Shown: positions 1 to 13,180 of the stretch, one piece after another | How positions within the stretch are numbered: position 1 is the stretch's first letter | How the letters are laid out: each line of letters opens with the position of its first letter | DNA from: the human T2T-CHM13v2.0 reference genome, Homo sapiens | Assembly: GCF_009914755.1 (NCBI RefSeq) | Contig: NC_060947.1 | Direction: 5' to 3' (one strand) | DNA length: 64,000 nt | Program-made: the position numbers and the translations under genes | Notes under the pieces: generated by a model | The model's input: the letters and a program-made list of their open reading frames with translations, nothing else | Told to the model about the DNA's origin: nothing | The model's database searches: none

Positions 1-234
1 CGCAATGTTGGCTCACTGCAACCTCCACTTCCCTGCATCCCAGGTTCAAGAGATTCTTTTGCCTCAGCCTCCTGAATAGCTGGGATTACAGGCACACACC
101 ACCATACACGGTGAATTTTTGTATTATTAGTAGAGATGGGGTTTCACCATGTTGGCCAGGCTGGTCTCGAGCTCCTAACCTCAGGTAATCCTCCTGCCAT
201 GGCCTCCCAAAAGTGTTGGGATTACAGGCATGTG
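1..234 (-). mobile_element. Alu, antisense; 3' end cut by window edge, 5' end truncated and fused to L1
   Basis: GGCTCACTGCAACCTCC...GCCTCAGCCTCC...CCTCCCAAAAGTGTTGGGATTACAGGCATGTG runs directly into L1 3' sequence. Confidence 0.9.
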
Positions 235-3200
235 CAAGTATGTTTTTCGTACAATGACTTATTTTCTTCTGGGTGGATACCTAGTAGTGGGATTGCTGGA
301 TTAAATGGTAGATCTACTTTTAGTTCTTTAAGGAATCTCCACATTGTTTTCCATAGTGCTTGTACTAGTTTACCTTCCCACGAACAGTATAAAAGTGTTC
401 CCTTTTCACCACATCCACACCAACATCTATTATTTTTTTATTTTTTTGATTATGGCCATTCTTGCAGGAGGGAGGTGGTGTGGCATTGTGGTTTTGATTT
501 GCATTTCCCTGATAATTAGTTGAGCATTTTCCCATATGCATGTTGACCATTTGTATATCTTCTTTTGAGAATTGGCTATCCATGTCCTTAGACTATTTTT
601 TAATTGGAATTTTTGATTTGTTTTGTTTTTGCTGATTTGTTTGAGTTCTTTGTAGATTCTGGATATTAGTCCTTTGTTGGATATGTAGATTGTGAAGATT
701 TTCTCCCATTCTGTGGGCTGTCTGTTAACTCTGTTGATTATTTATTTTGCTGTGCAGAAACTTTTTAGTTTAATCGAGTCCCATCTATTTATCTTCGTTT
801 TTGTTGCATTTGCTTTTGGGTTCTTGGTCATGAAGTCTTTGTCTAAGCGAATGTCTAGAAGGGTTTTGCTGATGTTATCTTCTGGTATGGTTTCAGGTCT
901 TATATTTGAGTCTTTGATCCATCTTGGGTTGATTTTTCTATAAAGTAAGAGAGGATGATCCAGTTTCATTCTCCTACATGTGGCTTGCCAGTTATCCCAG
1001 TACCATTTGTTGAATAGAGTGTCCTTTCCCCACTTCATGTTTTTGTTTGCTTTGTCGAAGATCAGTTGGCTGTAAGTATTTAGCTTTGTTTCTGGGTTCT
1101 GTATTATGTTCCATTGGGCTATGTGCCTATTTTTATACCAGTACTATGCTGTTTTGGTGACTATGGCCTTATAATATAGTTTGAAGTTGGGTAATGTGAT
1201 ACCTCTCGATTTGTTCCTTTGCTTAGTCTTGCTTCAGGTATGCAGGCTCTTTTTTGGTTCCATATGAATTTTAGGATTGCTTCTTCTAGTTCTGTGAAGA
1301 ATGATGGTATTTTGATGGGAACTGCATTGAATTTGTATATTGCTTTTGGCAGTATAGTCATTTTCACAATATTGATTCTACTCATCCATGGGATGTGTTT
1401 CCATTTGTTTGCGTCGTCCATGATTTCTTTCAGCAGAGTTTTTTAGTTTTCCTTGTAGAGATCTTTCACCTCCTTGGTTAGGCATATTCCTAAGTATTTT
1501 CTTTTCTTTTTGCAACTATTGGGAAAGGGGTTGACTTCTTGCTTGATTCTCAGCTTGGTCGCTGTTGGTGTGTAGTAGAGCTACTGATTTGTGTACATTA
1601 ACTTTGTATCCTGAAACTTTGCTGAATTCATTGACCAGCTCTAGGAGCTTTTTGGATGAGTCTTTAGGGTTTTCTAGGTATACAATCATGTCATCAGCAA
1701 ACAGTGACAGTTTGACTTCCTCTTTACTGATTTGGATGGCCTTTATTTCTTTCTGTTGTCTGACTGCTCTGGTTAGGACTTACAGTACTATTTTGAATGG
1801 AAGTGGTGAAAGTGGGCATCCTTGTCTTGCTTCATTTCTCAGGGGCAATTCTTTCAACTTTTTCCCATTCAGTATAATGTTGGCTGTGGGTTTGTCATAG
1901 ATGGCTTTTATTACCTTAAGATAAGTCCCTTCTATGCTAATTTTGCTGACTGTTTTCATCATAAAGGGATGCTGGATTTTGTCAAATGTCTTTTCTGTGT
2001 CTATGGAATGATCATGTGATTTTTGTTTTTAATTCTGCTTATGTGATGTATCACATTTATTGACTTACATATGTTAAATCATCCCTGCATCCCTGGTATG
2101 AAACCCACTTGATGATGGCGGGTTATCTTTTTGATATGCTGTTGGACTCGGCTCACTAGTATTTTGTTGTGCATTTTTGCATCTTTATTCGTCAGGTATA
2201 TTGGTCTGTAGTTTCCTTTTTTTGTCACATCCTCCCCTGGTTTTGGTGTTAGGGTGATACTGGCTTCATAGAATGATTTAGGGAGGATTCCCTATTTCTC
2301 TATCTTTTAGAATAGTTGTCAATAAGATTGGTATCAATACTTATTTGAATGTCTGATAGAATTCAGCTGTAAATCCATCTGGTCCTGGACTTTTTGTTGT
2401 TGGCAATTTTTAAATTACCATTTCAATCTTGTTGCTTGTTATTGGTCTGTTCAGAGATTCTATATCTTCCTGGATTAATCTAGGAAGATTGTATATTTCC
2501 AGGAGTTTATCCATCTCCTCTAGGTTTTCTAGTTTATGAGCATCCAGGTGTTCACAGTAGCCTCGAATAATCTTCTGTATTTCTGTGGTATCAGTTGTAA
2601 TATCTCCTGTTTCATTTCTAATCCAGTTTATGTGGATCTTCAATCTTCTTTTCTTGGTTAATCTCGCTAATGGTCCATCAATTTTGTTCATCTTTTCAAA
2701 GAACCATCTTTTTGTTTCATTTATCTTTTGTATTTTTTTGTTTCAATTTCATTTAGTTCTGCTCTGATCTTTGTTATTTCTTTTCTTCCGCTGGGTTTGA
2801 GTTTGGATTGTTCTTGTTTCTCCAGTTCCATGAGATATGACCTTAGATTGTCTATTTGTGCTTTCAGACTTTTTGATGAAGGCGTTTAATGCTATAAACT
2901 ACACTTTTAGCACCGCTTTTGCTGTATCCCAGAGTTTTGATACGTTGTGTCACTATTATCATTCAGTTCAAAGAATTTTTTAAATTTCCATCTTGATTTT
3001 ATTGTTGACCCAGTGATCATTCAGGAGCAGGTTACTTAATTTCCATGTATTTGCATGGTTTTGAGGCTTCCTTCTGGAGTTGATATCAAATTTTATTCCA
3101 CCGTGGTCTGAGTATTTGATATAATTTTGATTTTCTTAAATTTACTGAGACTTGTTTTGTGGCCTATCATATGGTCTATCTTGGAGAATGTTCCATGTGC

Positions 3201-3736
3201 TGATGAATAGAATGTATATTTTGCAGTTGTTGGATAGAATGTTCTGTAAATATCTGTTAAGTCAATTTGTTCTAGGGTATATTTTAAATCCATAGTTTCT
3301 TTGTTTACTTTATGTCTTGATAACCTGTCTAGTGCTGTCAGTGGAGTATTGAAGTCCCCCACTATTATTGTGTTGTCATCAATTTCATTTCTTAGGTCTA
3401 GTGGTAATTGTTTTATAAATTCGGGAGCTCCAGCGTTAGGTGCATATATATTTAGAACTGTGATATTTTCCTGTTGGAATAGTCCTTTTATCATTATATA
3501 ATGCCCCTCTTTGTCTTTTTAAACTGCCATTGCTTTAAAGTTTGTTTTGTCTGATGTAAGAATAGCTACTCCTGCTCGCTTTTGGTGTCCCCTTTACCTT
3601 AAGTTTATATGAGTTCTTATGTGTTAGGTGAGTCTCCTGAAGACAGTAGAAACTTGGTTGGTGAATTCTTACCCATTCTGCCAATCTGTATTTTTAAAGT
3701 GAAGCATTTAGGCTGTTTATATTCAATGTTAGTATT

Positions 3737-4024
3737 ACTTTTTTTTTATTGAGATGGAGTCTTGCTCTGTTGCCCAGGTTGGAGTGCAGTGGTGTAATCT
3801 TGGCTCACTGCCAACCTCTGCCACCCGGGTTCAAACAATTCTCGTGCCTCAGCCTCCCAAGTAGCTGGGACTACAGGCACGTGCCACCATACCAGGCTAA
3901 TTTTTTTTGTATTTTTATTAGAGACGGGGGTTTCACCATGTTGGCCAGGCTGATCTTGAACTCTTGACTTCAGGTGATCTGCCTGCCTCGGCCTCCCAAA
4001 GTTCTGGGATTACAGGCATGAGCC
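3737..4024 (-). mobile_element. AluS inserted in the L1
   Basis: Alu body with T-rich tail; 14-bp TSD TCAATGTTAGTATT at 3723-3736 and 4025-4038. Confidence 0.95.
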
Positions 4025-4109
4025 TCAATGTTAGTATTGAGATGTGAGGTACTATTCTATTCATCATGTTAGTCATTGCCTGAATACCTTGGTGGTTTTT
4101 TTTTTTTTC

Positions 4110-4222
4110 AGCTAGTCCTGCCTCCTATCTGCCATCTTAATCCCCTCTGATATCTTAATGATATTGAGTCTTCCAATTGTGAACATGGGATGGGATGGGA
4201 TGGGATATCTTTCCAATTTTGG
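4110..4222 (+). repeat. Direct copy of the L1 5' junction (6365-6466) inside the same L1
   Basis: AGCTAGTCCTGCCTCCTATC(T/C)GCCATCTTAATCCCC...GATATTGAGTCTTCCAATTGTGA.CATGGGAT...TTTTGG occurs at both positions. Confidence 0.9.
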
Positions 4223-5877
4223 TGTTTTTTTTCATTGTTTTTGTTTTATAGGTCCTGTGAGATTTATGCTTTAAGGAGGTTCTATTTTGGTGTATTTCGA
4301 GGAATTCTTTCAAGATTTAGAGCTCCTTTTAGCAGTTCTTGTAGTGCTGGCCTGGTATTGGTGAATTTGCTCAGCATTTGTTTGTCTGGAAAAGACTATC
4401 TTTCCTTCATTTATGAAGCTTAGTTTCGCTGGATACAGAATTCTTGGCTGATAGTTGTTTTGTTTAAGGAGGCTAAAAACAGGACCCCAATCTTTTCTAG
4501 CTTGAATGGTTTCTGCTGAGAAATCTGTTAATCTGATAGGTTTTCCTTTATAGGTTATGTGATGCTTTTGCCTCACAGCCCTTAAGATTCTTTCCTTTGT
4601 CTTGACTTTAGATAACCTGATGTGCCTAGGTGTGCCTAGGTGATGATCTTTTTGTGATTAATTTCTCAGGTGTTCTTTGAACTTCTTGTATTTGGATGTC
4701 TAGATCTCTAGCAAGGCTGGGGAAGTTTTCCTCAATTATTCCCTCAAATATGTTTTTCAAACTTTTATATTTCTCTTCTTCTTTGGGAACACCAATTATT
4801 CTTAATTTTGGATATTTAAGATAGTCCCAAACTTCTTTAAGGTTTCATTCTTTTTAAAAAATTCTTTTCTCTTCATCTTTGATGGATTGGGTTAATTCAA
4901 AAGCCTTGTCTTTGAGCTCTGAAGTTTTTCTTCTGCTTGTTCCATTCTATTGCTGAGACTTTCCAGTGCATTTTGCATTTCTCTAAGTGTGTCCTTGATT
5001 TCCAGAAGTTGTGATTGTGTTTTATTTATGCCACCTACTTCACTGAATAATTTTCCTTTCATATTCTGTATCATATTTTTTATTTCTTTAGGTTGGACTT
5101 TACGTTTCTCTGGTGCCTCCTAGATTAGCTTAATAATCAACCTTCTGATTTCTTTTTCTGGCAATTCAGAGATTTTGTCTTGGTTTGGGTCCATTGCTGG
5201 TGAGCTGATATGATCTTTTGGGTTGGAGGGGGCGGTTTAAAGAATCTCGTTTTGTTATATTACCAGAATTGTTTTTCTGGTTCCTTTTCATTTGGGTAGA
5301 CTATGTCAGAGGGAAGAGCTAGGATTCAAGGGGTGCTATTCAGATTCTTTTGTCCCACGGGGTGCTCCATTGATGTAGTGCTAACCCCCTTCCCCTAGGG
5401 ATGTGGCTTCCTGAGAGCTGAACTGTAGTGATTGTTTTGCTCTTCTGGGTCTAGCCACCCAGCAGAGCTCCTGGGCTCCAGGCTGGTACTGGGGAGTGTC
5501 TGCAAAGAGTCCTGTGATGTGATCCATCTTCAGGTCTTGCAGCCATGGATACCAGCACCTGCTCCACTGGAGGTAGCAGGGGAGTGAAGTGGACTCTGTG
5601 AGGGTCCTTGCTTGTGTTTTTGTTCAGTGCACTGGTTTTGTGTAGGTTGGCCTCCAGCCAGGAGGTAGGCATTTCAAGAGTGCATCAGTTGTGGTCCTAT
5701 AGGGAGGAGGCAAACTTGCCCTAGGGATACCTGGTTAAGCATTCAGGTTTCTCAGGTGGTGGGCAGGGTCAAAGAGCTCCCAAGAGATTATGACTTTTGT
5801 CTTTGGCTACCAGGGCAGGTATAGAAAGACCACCAGGTGGGGGCAGGGATAGGCATGTCTGAACTCAGCCTCTCTTT

Positions 5878-5929
5878 GGGCTGGGCTTCCTGCAGCTGCT
5901 GTGGGGCTGGGCTTCCTGCAGCTGCTGTG
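5878..5929. repeat. Perfect 26-bp tandem duplication in the L1 5'UTR
   Basis: GGGCTGGGCTTCCTGCAGCTGCTGTG x2. Confidence 0.9.
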
Positions 5930-6400
5930 GAGAATGGGGGTGAGTTTCCTAATCCAATGGAGTTATGCTCCCAGGGGGATTATGGCTGTCTCTGCCGAGT
6001 CATACAGGTTGCCAGGGAAGTGGGGGAAAGCCGGCAGTCACAGTCCTCATCCCACTCCCATGCAGCTCACAGTCCTAAAGTCCAGTCTCACTCCTACTGT
6101 GCCCCCTCAACAGCACTGAGTTTATTTCCAGGCAGCTGGTGACCAGGGCTGAGAACTTGCCCCAGACCACCAGCCTGCCCGCTGAGAAAGCAAGCAGATT
6201 TACAGGTTTTTGGCATCTCAGGGAGCCTGCAGCGGTGATCCTGTCCTTAAAAGGGTCTGTGGATTATCTCGGCTTTTCTGGTATGTTCCTGTGGTAGTTC
6301 TTGGAGCAAAAGTTAATGATGTTAGTCTGCACACACTGCTCTCTCTGTCCAGGTGGGGGCTGCAAGCTAGTCCTGCCTCCTATCCGCCATCTTAATCCCC

Positions 6401-6907
6401 CTGATATCTTAACGATATTGAGTCTTCCAATTGTGACCATGGGATGGGATGTCTTTCCGATTTTGGGGGTTTTAAAAATTATTTTTCAGCAATATTTTGC
6501 AGTTTTCACTGAACAAGTGTTTCACCTCTTTGGTTAAGTTTATTCCTAAGTATTTTATTCTTTTTGATGCAATTGTAAATGAATTGTTTTCTTAATTTTC
6601 TTTTCTAATCTTTTCTTTTCTAATCGTTCATTGTTAAAGCAACTAATTTTTCTGTGTTGATTTTGTGTCCTGCAACTTTGTTGAATTAGTTTATTAGTTC
6701 TAACAGTTTCCTTGTGAAATCTTTAGTATTTTCTGCACATAAGATCATGTTATTTTAGAAAAAAATAATTTTATTTTTCTCTTTTCAATTTGGATAGCTT
6801 TCATTTCTCCCTTTTCTTTTCTTCTTTCTTTCTTGCTTTCTCTCTTTCTTGCTCTTTCTTTCTTTCTTTTCTCTCTTTCTTTCTTTCTTTTCTTTCTTTC
6901 TTTCTTT

Positions 6908-6961
<54 letters not shown>

Positions 6962-7016
6962 TTCCTTCCTTCCTTCCTTCCTTCCTTCCTTCCTTCCTTC
7001 CTTTCTTTTCTTTCTT

Positions 7017-7057
<41 letters not shown>

Positions 7058-7900
7058 CTCTTTCTTCCTTGCTTAATTGCTCTGGCTGGGACTTTCAATA
7101 CTATGTTAAATAAAAGTGATGAGAAAGGGCACCATTGTCTTGTTGCTGATCTTAGAAGAAAAGCTTTGTCTTTCACCGAAGAGCATGATTTTAGCTGTGG
7201 GTTTTGCATATATGGCCTTTCGTATGTTGAAGTAGTTTTATTTTATTCCTAGTTAGTCCAGAGTTTTCTTTTTATTATGAAAAAATATTGAATATTTGTG
7301 AAATGCTTCTACTGCATCAATTGAGATGATCATATACCTTCTTGCCCTTCATTCTATTTATGTCATATATTGCATTGATTTTAGTATGCTGAACCATCCT
7401 TGTATTGCAGGCATAAATCCCATGTTGTCATGGTCTAAAATCCTTTTTATATGTTGTTGAATTCTGTTTGCTAGTATTTTATTGAGGACTTCTGCATCAA
7501 TATCCATGAAGTATATTGGTTTGTAGTTTCCTTTTCTTGCAGTCTTTCTCTGGCTTTGGTATCAGGGTAATGCTGGCCTCATAGAATGAGTTAGAAAGCA
7601 TCTTCTCATATTGAAGTTTTTGGAAGAGTTTGAGAAAAATTTGTGTTAATTATTCTTTAATGTTGGTAGAATTCACCTGTGAAGCCATCTGGTCTTGAGC
7701 TTTTCTTCATTTGGAGATTTTTGATTACTGATTCAATCTGCTTACCAGTTATAGGTCTATTCAGATTATCTATTTCTTCATGATTCAGTCTTTGTTGGTT
7801 GTGTTTCTAAGAATTTGTCCATTATATCTTTGTTATCTAGTTGGGTTGTTCTAGCAGAATTTTTCTTATAGTTATTCACAATATTCTCTTATAACCCTTT
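6401..7900 (-). mobile_element. Older L1M ORF2 fragment, host of the L1PB and of a microsatellite
   Basis: Degenerate ORF2; the minus frame gives AFLLRSATRQWCPFSSLLFNIVLKVPARAIKQ. Confidence 0.8.
6800..7070. repeat. Compound polypyrimidine microsatellite (TTTC)n/(TTCC)n/(TC)n
   Basis: About 270 bp almost entirely C/T. Confidence 0.95.
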
Positions 7901-8579
7901 TTTGAAAAACAGTTTTCATTTATTTATTTTTATTTATATATTTATTTTAGTTGGAACCTGGGTCTTGAGGGGGTTGTCCTGGAACTTCAGTCTGCAGGGA
8001 CCTGCCTGGCACCAGAGTCTACTGAGGTAACTCTTGACTCTGTATCTGCTGTATCAAGCCTGAACTTTAAGACCACTGACTATATAGCAGTACTTTTTTC
8101 TTTTGCCCTTGGTTTTGATACTCTTTGATTTATTTCATCATAGTTATAAAGTCTATTAACTTTTTATGATTTGTCATTGTTAACTTATATGCATCATTCT
8201 TTCATGTATATAATACTGTAGATGTGGTATTGCTCTGCGGTTTTTTACTATTTTGTTATGACACTTAAGACTAAAGATCACTACTCTAATTGAATAGTTA
8301 TTCTGCTCATCTCTGAGAGATTGAGCAGGCAAAGTATCATATTTAGAGAGGACACAAGAGTCTCCCCAAAGTGACCATATTGTCTTAAGTGATGAAATCC
8401 TGAACTATGATGTTGGTGTGATAAATAGAAAGTAGGAGTAAGGAGTGTATATCAGAGGTATCAACAAAATTAACACGTGGGGCTAAATGTGGTCATACTG
8501 ATGAATTTGCTTACATGGGACATGGAAGTTGAAGGGGCCATTCACTAAATCGTATGGTCAATAGTAGGAACTAAGACTA

Positions 8580-8900
8580 GAGGACTTGAATGCTGCTTGA
8601 CTATGGCACAAGAAGATGAAGAAAGAGTCAAAAATGACTCACTCCAAGATTTCGAGCTTTGATGACTGGGGAGACAAAAAAAAGGGAACAATTTTGGGAG
8701 AAAATCATGAGTTTATATTGAAATAAGCTTGATTTTGAGGTGACCAAGGACCACTGACATGGGTGATACAGAGCTGGAGAAATAGCACTGTAGTCCCAGG
8801 GAGAGATTTCTGCTAGAGCCAGAGTTGGGAGTCATGTATATGGGCAAATATGAAGAGAAGAAAAGCTGATGGCTAGGAGAACCATGATGAGGGATTAGAT
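8580..8900 (-). mobile_element. L2 fragment
   Basis: GAGTCAAAAATGACTC...TTTTGAGGTG...TTGGGAGTCAT resemble L2 motifs. Confidence 0.5.
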
Positions 8901-9597
8901 ACTTGGGAGAAGAGCTTCTTGAAGAAGAATAATACAGATACCAAGAGTGGGCAGATTGGGGAAAGGAATATATGTAGTAAGACACCATGGTGTAGACAAG
9001 AAATCTAACACAGAATGAAAACCACATGAAAACACAAAGATTATACTATTTTCTTCATAAGTATTATTGCCTTCCAACTATTCCTCTGTGGATGACTGGG
9101 ACTGAAGCAAGCCAAGGAAAATCAAGATTCTGCTGGAAGAATCTAAGGAAGACAAATTACCACAAGTATCTCAGAAGAAGAGAAGACTCAAATGGTAGAA
9201 GGACAATGAAATGTTTATGCTTCATGAAAGGAATGCTAAAGAACAAGGCTTTTTGTTGGCTTTTTTTCTCATTTCCTAGAAGAATGCAGTAATTAGGATA
9301 TAGTCTGACCTTTCAGTATGTATATATACTTAACGTTGGTGAAGAGTAGCTGAATTGGGCAAGGCCAGGATTCAATGTCTAGGTCCATTTCTTTCTTTCC
9401 TCTGCCAACTTTTAAAAAATCCTCTTGAAAAACATTTTAGCAGTGTGGCAAATATGTAAAAGATTTATGGAAACGCAGGACTCAAATCACATTAATTTGG
9501 GATTATGCATTTGCTCAGTGTTAAGAGTGTGTCAATATTTCTGTTCTGTACTTCTATCTTAATAGGTTTATTATTTGGCTTAAAAACTAGACTTTAG

Positions 9598-9922
<325 letters not shown>

Positions 9923-10489
9923 CTAGACTTTAGGCTGTAATGTAGAATATTAGGTGTTGACTCCAAAACAAATTTGTTTTCATTGAACTTCAAAACGTAT
10001 TTGTTATATGTTTGAAATTAAGTTATGTCTCTTGTTACCTAGCTCAAACACATATTTTTGATGCATTTTCTGCCCACAAATAATTGTCAGCAAAACAGAA
10101 AAGTTATATTCAAGTTAAATAGGCAATGCATCTTTATTGATTCAGAATACCTCTGGCATTAAGTCATATGCTGAAATGGCTCTCACTTCCAGCTTTGCTG
10201 AAGGCTTGCTCTTCTCCCTTAAGAGTATCTGTTCATATTAGTAAATAGCTATTGAAGCAACATTCTCAGTTGCAGCAGTTTGTTATTGTAATTCCCCCAG
10301 CTGCCTTATTGATTTGTTTTTCTACAATTGTTTGCCACTGCCACATACAGTTGAACATGCAAAATAACTATTTTAAAATCCACTTTCAACATGGAACCAC
10401 ATTTGAACTAATTTTCCTGGTGGAGGCTGAAAAATCAACTGTTTAGAAGTGGATGTTAGGTGGGTCATTTCTGGTCTTTACATGAATTG

Positions 10490-10777
10490 TGTCAAACATG
10501 ATCTTCTCAGTGAGGTTTACCTTACCCACTCTATTAAAAATTGCAACCCTTACCCTTACAAAACACCCCATACTACGTTTCTCTCTTTATTCTTCTCCTT
10601 AGCACTCATTGCTATCTAACATACTATAACATTTACCTATTTATTTTGTTCATTGCCTCCCCAACCAGAATGTGAGCCCACCAAGGCAAGAATTGCTCAC
10701 TGTGGTATCCTCAAAGCCTAAAATTATGTCTCATATATAGTATAGACTCCTAGTAAATATTTGTTGAGTGAATGAAG
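10490..10777 (+). mobile_element. L2 3' end
   Basis: Ends TAAATATTTGTTGAGTGAATGAA. Confidence 0.7.
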
Positions 10778-11194
10778 TCAGAGTTATTCTTAACCTAGAG
10801 GCCAAGGGCAGGGCAGGACAGCTCTTTGAATAGCATTGTGAACTGGTTGGTGATGTTTTAATGCTCCTACATTTCTTAATAGATTTTCTAGGCTAAATAG
10901 TGGAGATGGAGTTGATTAATGTAAGCCTTCCTAGAGGTGTGTTTGGAAATGTGCTTTGAAAAGGAAGAAGGCCAGAGAATAGGGGAAAATAAAAGAAAGA
11001 CCTCCCAAATTGAAGAAATACTATTCTCCAGAGTGGGGATAATTAGCTTAGCTAAAGGGGACAGTCCTTATTCAGCAGTACTCAGAAATTAGAATAGGAG
11101 GATTGTTGTTAGTCAAGGGCCCTGAAGGCCAGAGAAAGGGGTTTGAAGTTGACATCCCAGGAAGCAATAACTATAGGAATACAATCAGCAGATG

Positions 11195-11410
11195 CCAAGG
11201 TTCCTGCTACTTTGTAGCTGTGTGACATTTTACAAGTTACTAACAATCTCTGTGTGCTTCAATTCTCTCATCTGTAAAATGGAGACAAAAATAGTATAGT
11301 GTCTACCTCCTAGCATTGTAAGAATCGAGATGATACTGGCAAAGTACTTGACACAGTGCCTGGCATATACTGAACACTTAATGGATTTTACCTACTATTA
11401 TCATCATCAT
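11195..11410 (+). mobile_element. MIR
   Basis: Core CTCATCTGTAAAATGG...ACAGTGCCTGGCATAT. Confidence 0.8.
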
Positions 11411-11918
11411 TATAATGTTGTGAGTCTTCTCATAATTTATTATATTATGAGTATTTTATATTTTCTAGTCAAAACTGTTGTTGCTTTAGAGTCACTCTTT
11501 AGAGAGTTGCTTTGGTTGAAAATATTGTTGGGTGGAATTGGGGTGAGTGTTAGTTCATGAGCAACAATCATGAATCACTTTTATGGGGCTACCCATATGA
11601 ATTCTGACATCAGTAACTATAGGATGCAGTGGATTCTGAATAGCTTCCTGGATTCTGGACAGCCTGGGCAATGGGCGGAATCGGGAGGCGAAGGCAGATT
11701 ATCTGAAATTTTTAAATTTTGGCACTGAAGATGAGCTCTGCATATAGACTACTATATTATCACCTTTTTATAGAGAGAATTACCTGAGTGTAATCCTCAC
11801 ACGTAATGATTTTAGCAAGTAGCCAATGAAGGAAAAGTTGTGGAGTTGGTAGATGAAGTGAAACCATCATTGTCATTTGAGGTCTTGGTCACAAGATATG
11901 AAGTTTCTTAGTACTACA

Positions 11919-12268
11919 TGTCTTAATCCATTTGAACTGCTACAACAAAATATCTTAGACAGAGTAACTTATAAACAACAGAAATTATTTTTTACAGCTT
12001 TGAGTCTGGGGAGTCCAAGATCAAGGTGCCGGTGGTGTCTTTGGAGGGCCCACTTTCTCATAGATGACACCTTCTCGCTGTGTCCTCCCATGGTGGAAGT
12101 GGTGAGGGGTTGCCTCTCAGGTCTCTTTTACAAGAGCACTCATCCCATTCGTGAGAGTACCACTCTGATGGGGTCCGAAAGACCCTACCACCTGCTAATA
12201 ACATCACCTTGGGGGCTAGGAGTTCAACAGATGAATTTCAAGGGGACACAAACATTGAGAACGTAGCG
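11919..12268 (-). mobile_element. MaLR solo LTR (MLT1A-like)
   Basis: TGTCTTAATCCATTTG...AAACAACAGAAATT...GTCCAAGATCAAGGTGCC...ACACAAACATT. Confidence 0.8.
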
Positions 12269-12699
12269 CCACGTGTGGCAGACAAGGAAGAGGGAGCCAG
12301 AACCCAGGACAAGTCTGTTCACCAGGACAGTGCAGGATACCTAGGGCAGGCAGCACTTAATTACATTACTCAACTCAATCAGTTAGGTCATCATGGAGTA
12401 GTTCTGTCCACATGCTGTAAGGGCCCTGGCTCCTGGACTAGGATTTGATTCTTGGGAGAAAGCTGGGCAAAAGCAAGCTGAGAAAATCACTCTATGGATC
12501 AGGAGGTCATATGACTGAGAAGGAGAGCACATATACAGATTGTTGGTGATTATCCACTTTAAGTTGCCAGATGGACTGTGAAAGACAAGTATGATTTGGA
12601 CATGTGGGATTGTTTGTGGGGAGAACAGAATTCAAGTCAAAGGGAATAAGGTAGGGAAATAAATGAAGCTGAGAAGGTATAGAGTAGCTGAAATGAAGG

Positions 12700-13180
12700 G
12701 GTAGGTTAGTGGTGTGATATAAGGCTGGAAAGGTAGTTTGGGGCCATTTTGTGAATGGCCCCAAATGCCAAATTAAAGAGTTTTAGGATTAATTCAAAAT
12801 AATGGGAAACTATTGAAAGTTCTGGAGCAGGAGAGTAATATACTTAAAGATGTGCGTTGGAAGAATTAATTTGTTGGCAATTAGGTGGATGGGTTTCAGG
12901 GATGTTAACTTGGAGATGAGGAAACTAGTTAGGAGGTGATCGCTAATTGGACAGGAGGAAATTTAGGACAAAACTGGGGTTGTGGTAGTGGGAATGGAGA
13001 TGAAAGGACAAAGCCAAAGCATTTAGATGCTCAATTTGGCAGAAAGTGACATCTGAATGGCATTAGAATGAAAGCTCTAGTACAGCAGGGATTTTTGTCT
13101 GTCATATTCACTGCTGTATCCCAAGCACCTGGAATAGTCCTTGGTACATAGTTGGTGCTCAATAAATAGTTTTTGAATGG
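12700..13180. mobile_element. L2 fragments (minus-strand body, plus-strand 3' end at ~13065-13180)
   Basis: TTCACTGCTGTATCCCAAGCACCT...GTGCTCAATAAATAG. Confidence 0.6.

Larger units (their letters stand above)
230..6400 (-). mobile_element. Near full-length decayed LINE-1 (L1PB-type) with ORF2, ORF1 and 5'UTR remnants
   Basis: Minus-strand fragments: endonuclease (3093-3494, NIYAPN...IVGDFNTPL), RT region (1780-1962, RQGCPLSP), ORF1 (4310-4576, 4892-5074). 5' end reads GGGATTAAGATGGCGGATAGGAGGCAGGACTAGC on the minus strand. Many stops and frameshifts. Confidence 0.9.

Noticed and set aside
136-519. 127-aa ORF
   Set aside because: Chance read-through from antisense Alu into antisense L1.
6745-7252. 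K/E/R-rich and F/L/S-rich ORFs
   Set aside because: Translations of the microsatellite.
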